Shown here piece by piece: positions 17,766 through 27,688 of a stretch of DNA of 64,000 nt. The notes under the pieces were generated by a model. It searched no databases, was not told where the DNA came from, and worked only from the letters and a program-made list of their open reading frames with translations. Source of the DNA: Gemmatimonadota bacterium (lineage in GTDB: Bacteria; Gemmatimonadota; Gemmatimonadetes; Gemmatimonadales; GWC2-71-9). Position 1 is the stretch's first letter. Every line of letters begins with the position of its first letter. Both the position numbers and the translations under genes were made by a program. The stretch lies in contig JBDHCY010000001.1 in assembly GCA_039591795.1 (NCBI GenBank), positions 10,887-74,886 on the forward strand, written 5' to 3'.

Positions 17766-18049
17766 GGCTCGTCGCCCTCCTCTGCATCATCGAATGAGAG
17801 TCTCTTCTCCTCGAGTCGCCGCGCCTCGTCCACGAGCCGGCGACTTTCGGCAATCTCGGGCGTGTCGTACGTCGCCCGCACCTCGTAATGAAACAGCTCG
17901 GAGCGTGCGTCGCCGAGACGACGCAACAGTTCCGGTGTGGCCGCCAAGAGACGGCCCTCACGGTCCAACGCATCGATTCGCACCGCTAAGGCCCGAAGGA
18001 GCTCGAGTAATCGGCGCTCGCGCTCTCGGCCGTATACCTCGTCCGACAT
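17741..18049 (-). CDS. hypothetical Glu/Arg-rich protein
   Basis: 102-aa ORF whose 3' end overlaps the dsbA-like start by 25 nt. No recognisable domain. Confidence 0.4.
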   Translation of the reverse strand: MSDEVYGRERERRLLELLRALAVRIDALDREGRLLAATPELLRRLGDARSELFHYEVRATYDTPEIAESRRLVDEARRLEEKRLSFDDAEEGDEPWRGRREG

Positions 18050-18148
18050 CTAGGCAATCTAACGCATTCCGACGTTTCGCTCCGGTCGTCGTTTGCGCCG
18101 GTTGCCTGTCGGTATTAGGTTGCCCGCGTACTTAAACGGACTCACTGC

Positions 18149-18418
18149 ATGGGGAAAAAGAAACGTAAGCCGCGAGATTACATCCCGTCTTCCTTCGAAC
18201 AGGCCCGCGACGAGCTCTTTTCCCACATCCTTCGATGTGGCGTTCTCGAGGCTGCTTCTGAGCACCAGAAGGACTGGTTCGACGACACGATGCTCTATCT
18301 CGCAGAGCGGTTCCCAGACTTGGACGACGAGGACGTCACCGAGCTACGCCTGCTCGGCGAGCGCTTCTGCAAGCCGGTGAAGCCTCGCGACGAGCCAGTG
18401 GGAGCCCCGGCCGAGTAG
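18149..18418 (+). CDS. hypothetical small protein
   Basis: 89-aa ORF (MGKKKRKPRDYIPSSFEQARDELF...) after a lower-GC intergenic region. Composition is not low-complexity. No family recognised. Confidence 0.45.
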   Translation: MGKKKRKPRDYIPSSFEQARDELFSHILRCGVLEAASEHQKDWFDDTMLYLAERFPDLDDEDVTELRLLGERFCKPVKPRDEPVGAPAE

Positions 18419-18485
18419 CACGCACCGGGGGCCGCTCTCGCAGGTACGCCGGGCCGCTGCTCTCCTCAAGCGGCCCGCGATCGTT

Positions 18486-18962
18486 TCAGCGTCCAACACG
18501 TGGGCGCCAACGACCTCCCACAGCGAACCTCCACCCGCCACCGAGGCCAGCCTCGACGAACAGACTTCGCCGCCCGCCTGGCGCTCGTTCGGCGCCAATC
18601 GTGACGACGAGCCGTGCCGCGCCGCTGGCTCGCTGCTGAACCACGTAGGCGAGCCCGGCCCCCGCGTACAGCCCCCATCCAGTGCGCTCGTACGGGGTGA
18701 GGTGGAACTGGGCGAGCGCCTCCGCACGCCCAATGCCGTTCTCCCCGCGAGATAGGTCTGCCAGCCCGGCAACCGCGCCGGCGAATCGAATCCGGTCGTA
18801 CGGGCGAACCAGCAATTGAGCGAGGGCGCCGGCCGCGCTCGGGTCTTCGGAGATCGTCGCGAGGGCGCCGACGCCCCACCCGGGCCCCTGAGCTCTTGCG
18901 ACCGGCACTGCGGTCGCCAAGAGGAGGAGGCTACAGCAGGACCAACGAGCAGTTCGTCGCAA
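18486..18962 (-). CDS. secreted Gly/Ala-rich protein, putative small outer-membrane beta-barrel
   Basis: TTG 18962 gives the signal peptide MRRTARWSCCSLLLLATAVPVARAQ. Alternating hydrophobic pattern (GWGLYAGAGLAYVV, LFVEAGLGGGWRFAVG). Confidence 0.5.
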   Translation of the reverse strand: MRRTARWSCCSLLLLATAVPVARAQGPGWGVGALATISEDPSAAGALAQLLVRPYDRIRFAGAVAGLADLSRGENGIGRAEALAQFHLTPYERTGWGLYAGAGLAYVVQQRASGAARLVVTIGAERAPGGRRSLFVEAGLGGGWRFAVGGRWRPRVGR

Positions 18963-19344
18963 TGTCGGGAGCCAGGGAATGGAGAACCGAGCAGTACTTT
19001 CGCATCGAGAGATCGATCGCACGCTGGGCCTTGCGCTCGGTCACCCGTTCCGCGCCGATCTCGAAGGCGAAGTGCATGGTGAGGTATCGCCGCGGCACCT
19101 CCGCCCGCCTCATGCCCGTGACCGTGACGCGACACGTCGCGAGCCCCACACGCATCTTTTCCAGAATCATCACGACGTCCGCGCCCATGCACCCGGCTGC
19201 GGCCATGAGAAGGGCCTCCATCGGCGAGGGACCCACCTCGGCCTCGCCATCCACCACGATCTCGGCACCGCCGGGCGCTCCGCCACGAAAGCGCTCGCCA
19301 CCCTCCCACGCGACCGTCACCGTTCGTCGCTGGCCTTCGGACAT
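18931..19344 (-). CDS. OsmC family peroxiredoxin-like protein
   Basis: Trimmed to MSEGQRRTVTV. GPSPMEALLMAAAGCMG and KYCSV carry the two conserved Cys of OsmC/Ohr. Confidence 0.85.
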   Translation of the reverse strand: MSEGQRRTVTVAWEGGERFRGGAPGGAEIVVDGEAEVGPSPMEALLMAAAGCMGADVVMILEKMRVGLATCRVTVTGMRRAEVPRRYLTMHFAFEIGAERVTERKAQRAIDLSMRKYCSVLHSLAPDIATNCSLVLL

Positions 19345-19874
19345 TACGACCCCCGCCTCGTGGTCAACCCGATGTAGAATCGATGACGGCGCAGAGCATC
19401 CATGCCATGGTACTCGAGCAGCCAGTTGAACGTCGACCGAAAGGGTAACTCGAAGCCGATTGCGACGTTGAGCCAAACAGCCGGACACCCCGGCGTGCTG
19501 TCGCATCGCTCTTCGCCGGCCACGCTCGCTCCCGCACCAACGTAGGGGATGGCCGGCGCATCGTCGCCGGCAAATCGGAACAGCGCCTCGAGGCTCCCCA
19601 CGTAGGTGGTTGCGCCCGACCCGACCCCGAGCTCGCCCGAGGGCCGAAGACGGAGCCGGCGGGTGAACAGTTGCCCGAGGTCCAGGGCCATACCGACGAC
19701 GAGTTGATCGCTCCCGGTGAAATCGAGCCCGCCGCGCGCTCCGAAACCGAGCAGTGCGATCCGGGTTCCGCTCTGCTCAGCGGCCACTTGCGGTGGCTGA
19801 AACTCCTGCGCGTGCAAGGCACCAGCCAGTGCCGCAGCCACGGCAACACCTGCCCCGACCCGTGTCAATCCCAT
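19344..19874 (-). CDS. secreted protein, putative small outer-membrane beta-barrel
   Basis: Trimmed to MGLTRVGAGVAVAAALAGALHAQ, a signal peptide. Beta-strand-like alternation and a C-terminal aromatic-rich segment. The TAA stop shares one nt with the osmC ATG. Confidence 0.55.
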   Translation of the reverse strand: MGLTRVGAGVAVAAALAGALHAQEFQPPQVAAEQSGTRIALLGFGARGGLDFTGSDQLVVGMALDLGQLFTRRLRLRPSGELGVGSGATTYVGSLEALFRFAGDDAPAIPYVGAGASVAGEERCDSTPGCPAVWLNVAIGFELPFRSTFNWLLEYHGMDALRRHRFYIGLTTRRGS

Positions 19875-20398
19875 CGTCGTCTTGCCTCCCGAGCGTAGTC
19901 GACAATCGCGTAGATCGAAATGGCGGCAGTGGCCCACGCCAGCGGTCGCACGAGTGGCGACTCCATCAGGAATGCCACCAGCGTGAGCAGCTGCCCCACA
20001 GTGACCCACTTCCCCCCGGCGCGCGCCGGAATAGTCGTGGGCCGGCCTCTGATCAGAGTGACAAGGAAGCCGATGCCCGCCCACAGATCCCGAGAGAGGA
20101 CGGCCAGGAGCTCCCAGATCGTGAGCAAACCGTGTGATGCGACCGTTGCAAACGCACTCAGCATGAAGAGCTTGTCGGCGATCGGGTCGAGCACCGCCCC
20201 TGCTCGCGAGCCGCCGATCCGGCGAGCGAGCATCCCGTCGATGAGGTCCGAGAGTGCTACAACCGCAACGATGCCAAGGCGCCAATACATCCCCGACACC
20301 AGGGGGAATGCAACGGCCAGCGGCAACCGGAGCGCCGTCAGTGCATCGGCCGGCCCGAAGAGCGGTGTACGTGCATTGTCTTGCCGTTCCATCACCAC
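19865..20398 (-). CDS. CDP-alcohol phosphatidyltransferase family protein
   Basis: 177 aa. DLIDGMLARRIGGSRAGAVLDPIADK matches D-x2-DG-x2-AR...G-x3-D-x3-D. Confidence 0.85.
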   Translation of the reverse strand: MVMERQDNARTPLFGPADALTALRLPLAVAFPLVSGMYWRLGIVAVVALSDLIDGMLARRIGGSRAGAVLDPIADKLFMLSAFATVASHGLLTIWELLAVLSRDLWAGIGFLVTLIRGRPTTIPARAGGKWVTVGQLLTLVAFLMESPLVRPLAWATAAISIYAIVDYAREARRRWD

Positions 20399-20416
20399 GT
20401 CCCTTAGCTTGGCGGC

Positions 20417-20875
20417 ATGGACGCAGGCCTCCTCCGAAAGAGCGCCCTCTTTCAGGATCTGGACGACGGCGAGCTCGCTCGAGTAGCCGAGGTCTGTCGC
20501 GAGCAGTCGTTCAAGTCCGGTGCGTTCGTCTTTCGCGAGGGCGAGCCCGGCAACAGGCTCTTCCTGATCGCCGCCGGTGAGGTTCGCATCAGCCGCAACG
20601 TTCCAGGCTCGGGCGAGGAGGCGCTCGCCATCCTGAAACCGGGCGCGTGCTTCGGCGAGATGTCGATCTTCGACCGATCCGAGCGCTCAACCGACGCGAT
20701 CGCCAACACCGAAGTCCGCTGCATTACCATCGCGCGCCCCGATTTCGAGCTGCTGCTCGACTTCAATCGTGACATCGCGTACAAGGTTTTGTGGGCCGTC
20801 GTACGACTGCTCTCCACGCGACTGCGAGCGACGAACGACAATCTTCGTTCGTTTCTCGCGATGTCGATGTTCTAG
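20417..20875 (+). CDS. cyclic nucleotide-binding domain protein
   Basis: 152 aa. FREGEPGNRLFLIAAGEVRI...GACFGEMSIF is typical of cNMP-binding beta-barrel domains. No output domain. Confidence 0.8.
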   Translation: MDAGLLRKSALFQDLDDGELARVAEVCREQSFKSGAFVFREGEPGNRLFLIAAGEVRISRNVPGSGEEALAILKPGACFGEMSIFDRSERSTDAIANTEVRCITIARPDFELLLDFNRDIAYKVLWAVVRLLSTRLRATNDNLRSFLAMSMF

Positions 20876-23019
20876 CCCCACCGACCCGCCTCCGCCCGCT
20901 CCTCGCTCGCCTCATCCGTTGCCGCTCCTTCGGCTAGTGACACCCGTGCATCCACCGCCACAGCGCCGTCGGGCAGCGCCATGATCGGATTCACGTCGAG
21001 CTCGACCACCATAGGGTGACGCTGGACGAGCTGGGATACCCTGAGCAGCACCTCTTCCAGCGCCGAGAAGTCCACCGACGGCTCTCCCCGTATGCCCGCG
21101 AGGAGGCGGCTCCCTCTCAGGCCACGCGTCATCTCGCGTGCATCTTGGTCGCTGAGCGGCGAGACGCGGAAGACCACGTCCTCCATCGCCTCGACGTAGA
21201 TCCCACCGAGCCCGAACATCACGAGGTGGCCGAACCGCGGAACGAGGCTCGTTCCGACGATGACCTCTCGTCTGCCCTGCACCATCCGCTGGACCAGCAC
21301 CGCCGCGTCGTCCGCCCCGGTCCGCTCCCGGACGCGGCCGAGCATCTGGCGGCACCCTTCCTCGGTTTCGGCGGGTGAGACGAGCCCGAGTGCCACGCCC
21401 CCAACGTCGGTCTTATGGATGACGCGCTCGCTCACGGCCTTGAGCGCAACTGGGAAGCCGAGCTTCTCCGCAGCCGCTCGAGCCTCGGCCGGGTCCCCGG
21501 CGACAGCCCATGCCGCGGTGGGAACCCCGATGGCCTCGAGCAGCTCCATCGCCTCCGGCGCGAGCAGCTGTGCCCGGCCGGCTGCGCGCACTCGCTCGAA
21601 CAGCGCCGCGAGACGTTCGTCGGCACTCGGAAACTCGACGATGGCGCCAGGCGGCCGGTCGAGCCAGCGCCGATAGCGGTCCATCGCCGCCAGGGCGCGT
21701 GCGGCTGACTCGGGGAAGATGTATCCGGGAACGTCAGCCGCGTGCAGCTCCGCGAGGCCCGCGGGAAGCCCTTGGCGCCCCATCAAGACCGCCAGCACCG
21801 GCTTCGCCTGGTGTCGCTGCTTCACACGGACGATGGCTGCCGCCACGTCACGTGCTTGGATGCCGAGCGGTGGCACGAAGGCGGCAATGGCCGCGTCCAC
21901 TCCGTCATCCGCAAGCACCGCGTCGAGCGCGAGCTCATACGATTCGGCCCGTGCCGAAGCGATGAGATCGACGGGATTCCGCACGCTGGCTTCGTCGGGC
22001 AACGCCGCGCGGAGGCCAGACTGGGTGTCGGCACTGAGCTCGGTGACGGTGAGCCCCCGCGCTTCGCATGTGTCGGCGATGATGATCCCGGGCCCGCCGG
22101 CATTGCTGACGATGGCGACGCGATCGCCGCGCGGGATCGGCTGATTGTCAAACGCCATGGCCAAGTCGAACAGCTCCTCGACAGTCTCCGCGCGAATCAC
22201 ACCGCTCTGCGTGAGAAGTGCATCGACGGCTGCATCGGTCCCCGCCAACGACCCAGTGTGCGACGCCGCCGCCCGTGCTCCCGCTCTCGTCCTGCCCGAC
22301 TTGACGATGAATAGCGGTTTCTGACGCGTCACCTCGCGCGCAAGCGCCAGGAACTTGGCCGGATTACCGAAGCTCTCGAGGTACATCATCACGAGCCGAG
22401 TGGCGGGGTCGTCCTTCCAGTACTCGAGAAGATCGTTCCCCGAGACATCGGCCTTGTTCCCAGCGGACACGAAGGACGAGATCCCGAAGTCGAGCGCACC
22501 GGCGTAGTCGAGAATGCTCACACCCATTGCGCCCGACTGACTCATGAGCGCCACGCCGCCCGCGGGAGGCATGGTGGGCGCGAAGGTGGCGTTCATCGAG
22601 ATCGACGGATCCGTATTGAGGACCCCCATGCAATTCGGACCCACCAGGCGAATGCCGTGTTGACGCACCAGATCTTGCAGCGCCCGCTCACGTTCGACCC
22701 CCTCGCCACCCACCTCACGAAAGCCCGCACTGATCACCACGAGTCCTGCGACGCCCTTGCGAATGCACTGCTCCGCGACACCGATCACCGCGTCCTTCGG
22801 TACGACGATGACGGCGAGGTCCACGACCTCGGGCACATCCAGAATCGACCGATATGCTCGGATCGAGTGAATGACCTCGGCACGCGGGTTGACAGGGTAC
22901 ACCGGGCCGGTGAACCCGTGGTGAAGCAAGTTGTGCAGGATCTGGTAGCCGATCGTGTCGGGACGGCGCGAGGCGCCGATCACCGCGATGCTGCGAGGAC
23001 GCAAGATGGCGTCGAGCAT
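20872..23019 (-). CDS. NDP-forming acyl-CoA synthetase (fused alpha/beta, acetate--CoA ligase family)
   Basis: 715 aa. N-terminal CoA-binding domain (SIAVIGASRRPDTIGY), succinyl-CoA-synthetase-like flavodoxin domain and C-terminal ATP-grasp. Confidence 0.85.
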   Translation of the reverse strand: MLDAILRPRSIAVIGASRRPDTIGYQILHNLLHHGFTGPVYPVNPRAEVIHSIRAYRSILDVPEVVDLAVIVVPKDAVIGVAEQCIRKGVAGLVVISAGFREVGGEGVERERALQDLVRQHGIRLVGPNCMGVLNTDPSISMNATFAPTMPPAGGVALMSQSGAMGVSILDYAGALDFGISSFVSAGNKADVSGNDLLEYWKDDPATRLVMMYLESFGNPAKFLALAREVTRQKPLFIVKSGRTRAGARAAASHTGSLAGTDAAVDALLTQSGVIRAETVEELFDLAMAFDNQPIPRGDRVAIVSNAGGPGIIIADTCEARGLTVTELSADTQSGLRAALPDEASVRNPVDLIASARAESYELALDAVLADDGVDAAIAAFVPPLGIQARDVAAAIVRVKQRHQAKPVLAVLMGRQGLPAGLAELHAADVPGYIFPESAARALAAMDRYRRWLDRPPGAIVEFPSADERLAALFERVRAAGRAQLLAPEAMELLEAIGVPTAAWAVAGDPAEARAAAEKLGFPVALKAVSERVIHKTDVGGVALGLVSPAETEEGCRQMLGRVRERTGADDAAVLVQRMVQGRREVIVGTSLVPRFGHLVMFGLGGIYVEAMEDVVFRVSPLSDQDAREMTRGLRGSRLLAGIRGEPSVDFSALEEVLLRVSQLVQRHPMVVELDVNPIMALPDGAVAVDARVSLAEGAATDEASEERAEAGRWG

Positions 23020-23075
23020 GTGGCAAAACTAATAGACCAAGCGCCGCGCACACGCCCTCGAGGCACCAGAGTGCC

Positions 23076-25664
23076 TCAGGAGCCTCCTTCCACCGCGCCG
23101 ATCGTCGGCGGCACGCCGAAGACCCGTTCTGCCACGATCCGAATGTGGGCCGGTGTGACCGCTCTGAGCGCCGGCTCGTCTTCCGCCAGTTCCTCCACGC
23201 CGCGTCCGGACAAATGCGACTCGAACAGATCGTGGAGCACCGCAGCCCCGCTCTGGCGGCGCACGCGCAGCATGCCGGCCGTGAAGTGGACGGCCCCGGC
23301 GAGCTCATCCGCCGACACGTCCTCGCGGTTGAAGCGGGCGAGCTCCGCCACCATCAAGTCCCTCGCCTCGGCTGCTCGCTCCGGTGCGGTCGCGGCATAG
23401 GCATAGAGCAGGCCGGCGCGGTGCCACAGCCACGGCGCGGCCATCACGGTGTAGGCGAGTGCTCGCTGATCTCGCACCACGTCGAATAGCCGACCGCCGA
23501 GGCCGCTCGCGATCGCCACGAGAATCTCGAGCGCATGGCGCTCCGGCATGGACCGGGCAAAGGCCGGGAAGGCGAGGGTGAACGCCGACTGCTGCTTCTG
23601 GCGTCGCTCCACGCGCTCGCCCCCCTCCGTCCACGTCGTCGCGCCACCCGGCGCCTCACTCGGTCGCCCCTCCCACCCCGAGAACGCCGCCGCCAGCGAT
23701 TCCGCCGCGCGCACGGGATCCACGTCGCCGACGGCACCCACCACGAGACGGCCACCTCGGATGGTGTCCTCGTACCAACGCCGAACGGCCCCGCCATCGA
23801 GCGAGGCGACGCTCTCGAGTGTCCCGAGGCCGGGTTGGCCGTATGGATCGTCTCCGAACCCGGCGCTCAATGCGAGCTGCAGCGGACGCCGGAACATGTC
23901 GTCGGCCGCGTGCCGAATGTCTCGCTCGAGGAGGTCTCGCTCTACGAACACGTCTGGATCGGCGAGCGCCGGATCGCCCGGGAGAGTTGCGAGGAGCCGA
24001 GCTGCGTGATCGAGACTCTCGCTCCGTACGGTGAGCCGCCACCCCACCCAATCGGGTGCCAGAAGTGTGGCAAGCGAGCCGCCGAGACGCTCCGCTTCAA
24101 CGGCCAGCGTGTCTCGGTCGAGCCCTCCGGCGCCACGGAGCGCCGTCCGCGCGAACAGCAGCGAGCTGCCGGCCACCGCGGGGCCCTCCAGCGCCCGTGG
24201 CCCGACCACAACGGCTCCGATCGCGAGGAGGGGCACGCCGTGCTTGGGCATCACGAGGACTTGTACGCCGTCGGCGTCGAGCACGATCACGTCGCCCACC
24301 CGTTCCACTCGCCCGCGCTTGGCTCGCTCGAGCTCGGGCAGGCTGTCGGATCGCGGAGTGAGCGCAGAGACGTCACCGGCGTCCTCGAAGAGGCGTCCGA
24401 GGTGCGCCGGATTGGCATCTACGGAGGCGTCGTCGGGAAAGTAGCCGGCGGCCGCGGCTCGGTCGATCGTGAGCTCCGCCGCCGCCGCCCGTACGTCACC
24501 GGGCGTGACGGTAACGAGTTGCTCGATGTACTCGTCAGCGAGCGCATAGCCACCCAGCGCCTCGAACTCGGCGAGCATGATCGCGCGCCCGGCGGCCGTC
24601 TCAAAGCGGCGTGCCCACGCCGTCTCCACGAGCGACCGCGCGCGGGTCATGTCTGTCTCGTGAGGCCCAACGTCTCTGAGACGGCGCACCACGGCCCACA
24701 TGCCCGCGAGGGCAGCCGTCGCCTGCTGCGGCTCGGTCTCCGCGAACAGCTGGAACACGCCGACTTCGGTCGGCGTGTAGTGTGACGCGTCGAGGGCGGT
24801 GACGACACCCGGGCCCCGCAGGTGTCGATATCCCCACGACCCGCGTCCTTCGCCGGCAACGACCGCCGCCATGTCGAGGCCTGGCGTGCGTGGGTCGTGG
24901 GGTCCGAATGTGCGCCAGCCGAGCGCCAGGATCGCCTTCCGCACGTCACCCTGGCGCCAGCGCCGTCGCAACCCGACGTGGTCCGGCTCTGACGGCGATG
25001 GGTCGGAGGCCGGCGGCCGGTCGGGCATCGGGCCGTAGGCTTCCCGTGCGAGCTCCAAGACGTGCTCCGGATCGACGCCCCCGGCGACGACGACGATCGT
25101 TCGGCGGGGGACGTAGCGGCTCTCGTAGTACGCCACGACGTCCTGCCGGGTGAGACGTCGCAGGCTCTCCTCCGTGCCGATACGCCACCGTCGCATCCGG
25201 TGCCGGTCGAAGAGCAGCTCGTACAGCGTCTCGACGGTCACAGCCCCCGGATTGTCGAGCTTCTGCCGAGCTTCTTGGACGATGACCTCGATCTCGCGAG
25301 CGAGTTCATCTTCGTCGAGCCGAGCGTGGAGGAGCGCGTCGCTCTGGAGCTCGATCGCCGTGGCAATCGACTCCGATGGAACGACGGTGTAGTACTGGGT
25401 GCGATCGTAGATCGTGCCGGCGTTCAGATAGCCGCCGGCTCGTTTGGTTTCACGCGCGAGGGCTCCGACACCACGTCGTGCCGTTCCCTTGAAGTACATG
25501 TGCTCCAGAACGTGGGAGATGCCCACCCACTCGTCGGGCTCGTCGAAGTATCCCGCCCGCATGTGCGTGACCACCGCCGCGACGGTCGACGTGGGATCGC
25601 GCTGCACGAGCACAGTGAGGCCGTTGGGAAGGACGTCCCGCACGACGCCATCAGTCCAGCGCAT
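23076..25664 (-). CDS. M16 family (pitrilysin-like) zinc peptidase, tandem M16 halves
   Basis: 862 aa. Inverted zinc motif HVLEHMYFKG (HxxEH) near the N-terminus. The second half is M16-like but lacks the motif. Confidence 0.85.
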   Translation of the reverse strand: MRWTDGVVRDVLPNGLTVLVQRDPTSTVAAVVTHMRAGYFDEPDEWVGISHVLEHMYFKGTARRGVGALARETKRAGGYLNAGTIYDRTQYYTVVPSESIATAIELQSDALLHARLDEDELAREIEVIVQEARQKLDNPGAVTVETLYELLFDRHRMRRWRIGTEESLRRLTRQDVVAYYESRYVPRRTIVVVAGGVDPEHVLELAREAYGPMPDRPPASDPSPSEPDHVGLRRRWRQGDVRKAILALGWRTFGPHDPRTPGLDMAAVVAGEGRGSWGYRHLRGPGVVTALDASHYTPTEVGVFQLFAETEPQQATAALAGMWAVVRRLRDVGPHETDMTRARSLVETAWARRFETAAGRAIMLAEFEALGGYALADEYIEQLVTVTPGDVRAAAAELTIDRAAAAGYFPDDASVDANPAHLGRLFEDAGDVSALTPRSDSLPELERAKRGRVERVGDVIVLDADGVQVLVMPKHGVPLLAIGAVVVGPRALEGPAVAGSSLLFARTALRGAGGLDRDTLAVEAERLGGSLATLLAPDWVGWRLTVRSESLDHAARLLATLPGDPALADPDVFVERDLLERDIRHAADDMFRRPLQLALSAGFGDDPYGQPGLGTLESVASLDGGAVRRWYEDTIRGGRLVVGAVGDVDPVRAAESLAAAFSGWEGRPSEAPGGATTWTEGGERVERRQKQQSAFTLAFPAFARSMPERHALEILVAIASGLGGRLFDVVRDQRALAYTVMAAPWLWHRAGLLYAYAATAPERAAEARDLMVAELARFNREDVSADELAGAVHFTAGMLRVRRQSGAAVLHDLFESHLSGRGVEELAEDEPALRAVTPAHIRIVAERVFGVPPTIGAVEGGS

Positions 25665-25705
25665 GGTGGGTCGATACCGCTAGAGGTGCGCGGGAGTGGC
25701 CGCGC

Positions 25706-26824
25706 TCAGTGGAGCAGCCGGAGGACTCCGGCTCGCGCGCTGGCCCGGATGAAGCTCTCCGGGTCGGTGGCGGGAACGGCGACGCCAGTCAGCAACTCAC
25801 ACCGCCGAGCGAGTTCGCTCATGAAAACGTCGACCGTCGTAGACGACAGCTCTACATCGTCCTCCTTCATGCTGAGGACGATTTGCTCGAAGGTGCCCGC
25901 GTAGCTCGCCCCACCTGGGAGCGTGACGCGATGCGCCTCGCCGCCGAGGGGCCGCTGCTGCATCCCTTGCAGTTGGGTCAGCAGCGCGCCGAAGAGCTCG
26001 AGCTGAGTGGGGTCGCGCGGCTCGCCCCCCGGGCCTCGCGTCTCGAGCTCGTGGAGGAGCTGTTGGGTGAGGTCGGTGGCGATCGTCAGTTCCGATAGGC
26101 GTTCGAACAGCGGGCGGAGCTCCGGGCCGTCTTCGGCGAGTCGGTAGATTGTCTTCTTCAGCTCGACCGTGCGCCACAGCGAGAGCTCATCGCCGTATTC
26201 CTCGACGTGTGCTCGCTCGAAATTGTAGAGCGCCGCCTCGAACTCGCCGCGATCGTAGTGCAGGTTGCCGAGGTAGATGCGTGCCTCGGAGTGGCTGCCG
26301 TCGAGGTCCACGGCGCGCCGCAGCCAGGTGAACGCCCCGTCTTCGTCGTGCAACCGGTGAGCCGCGTAGCCCACACAGGCAGCAGCCTCGGGTGAGTCGG
26401 AGTGCACGGTCGCGGCGAGGCCGAAGTAGCGTCGCGCATCTTCGAACCGGCCTTCCCGGAACAACGCTCGCCCAATCTGGAGCAAGAGATCGTGATCGTC
26501 TTGAAACCCAAGCGACAGGACACGGTCGAAGCAGGAGATGGCGCGCTCGTGCGCGCCGAATTTGAGAAGCGTTTCTCCGTAGCCCGCCAACGCCTCTTCG
26601 TGCTCGCCATCGAACGTCAGCGCCTCTTCGAAGCTCCTCCGCGCCCACGCATACTCCTCTCGCGCGAGACGCGCATACCCCATGCCCACGTGTAGCTCCG
26701 GCGCGTGTGGATACAGCTGAATGCCCTCGCGCAGGACTTCTAGTGCCTCGTCGTACTCCCCTCGGTTGTACAACTCGTGCGCGTGATCATCGTATTCCTC
26801 GGAGCTGAGGAACGACTGGGGCAT
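25706..26824 (-). CDS. TPR repeat protein
   Basis: Trimmed to MPQSFLSSEEY. Repeated TPR units (YNRGEYDEALEVLREGIQLYP, HVGMGYARLAREEYAWARRSFEEAL, and others). Confidence 0.75.
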   Translation of the reverse strand: MPQSFLSSEEYDDHAHELYNRGEYDEALEVLREGIQLYPHAPELHVGMGYARLAREEYAWARRSFEEALTFDGEHEEALAGYGETLLKFGAHERAISCFDRVLSLGFQDDHDLLLQIGRALFREGRFEDARRYFGLAATVHSDSPEAAACVGYAAHRLHDEDGAFTWLRRAVDLDGSHSEARIYLGNLHYDRGEFEAALYNFERAHVEEYGDELSLWRTVELKKTIYRLAEDGPELRPLFERLSELTIATDLTQQLLHELETRGPGGEPRDPTQLELFGALLTQLQGMQQRPLGGEAHRVTLPGGASYAGTFEQIVLSMKEDDVELSSTTVDVFMSELARRCELLTGVAVPATDPESFIRASARAGVLRLLH

Positions 26825-26956
26825 CGACGGTGCCTCCAGGGAAGGTTGGCATATGATAAGAACGGGACTCGACTCGGGCAAGCGACTGACACCAACGCGC
26901 ATCGTTCGCGTGCCGCCGATACTCGCGCGCGGACACCGCTGGGGCCCAACCGGCGG

Positions 26957-27637
26957 TTACTGCTGCCCCGCGACCGTGGTCCGTTGGACGATGGTTCCCG
27001 GATTGCGCGAGGCGAGCTCCTCGGCTGGGCGTCGGTCGATCAGGAGCAGGCTGCGGACGACGTCGTAGGCCGGAAGACCGCGCGCAAACAGGCGGGTCGC
27101 GTGGAAAGGCAGGTCGCCAAGCTCTCGATCGTCGGTGTCATCGAGCATGCGTGCGCGAACCGCCGCGAGGGCGTCGTCGAGGGGGATGCCGCGGTCGACG
27201 AGGCCTGCCAGCACGAAGATCGGGAGCTCGAGCGATTGGCCCGGCGGAGCCGCGCGGACCAGTCGTGCGATGGCTTCGATGGCCACGCCGCGGTGGAGCG
27301 CGTCCGCAGCCGCGCGCAACTCGCGCTCCGCCACGCTGCCGCGCGTTGCGAGCACCGCGCGCGCGCGGGCGAGACGATCCGCCTCTGCTCGCAGAGCGGC
27401 GACCACGGCCTCGGGCGCCACCTGCTTGGCCACACCCTGTCGAGCCAAGAGCTCGAGGGATGCCACCGGCAGACCTGCGGCCCGCGCCCGAGCGGCGACC
27501 GCCACGGCAGAATCGCCATGCGCCCCCGGCAGGAGCACCCGGAGCTCGACATTCACCGATTGTGCAGCTGATGAGGTTGCTGCCCCGAGCGCTATGCCCA
27601 GAATTGTCACACCGACTGTGAGCCGCGTCACGTGCAC
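26957..27637 (-). CDS. secreted alpha-helical hypothetical protein (paralog of 28755-29381)
   Basis: Signal peptide MHVTRLTVGVTILGIALGAATSSAAQ. ARAAGLPVASLELLARQGVAKQVAPEAVVAAL aligns with ARAEGLPVEPLIQKALEGSVKGVAPERIVSTV in the other protein. Confidence 0.55.
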   Translation of the reverse strand: MHVTRLTVGVTILGIALGAATSSAAQSVNVELRVLLPGAHGDSAVAVAARARAAGLPVASLELLARQGVAKQVAPEAVVAALRAEADRLARARAVLATRGSVAERELRAAADALHRGVAIEAIARLVRAAPPGQSLELPIFVLAGLVDRGIPLDDALAAVRARMLDDTDDRELGDLPFHATRLFARGLPAYDVVRSLLLIDRRPAEELASRNPGTIVQRTTVAGQQ

Positions 27638-27688
27638 ACCCTTGAGATACTGCCGTCTTCCTTAACGACCTCGCGGGGCGCGCGCCGG

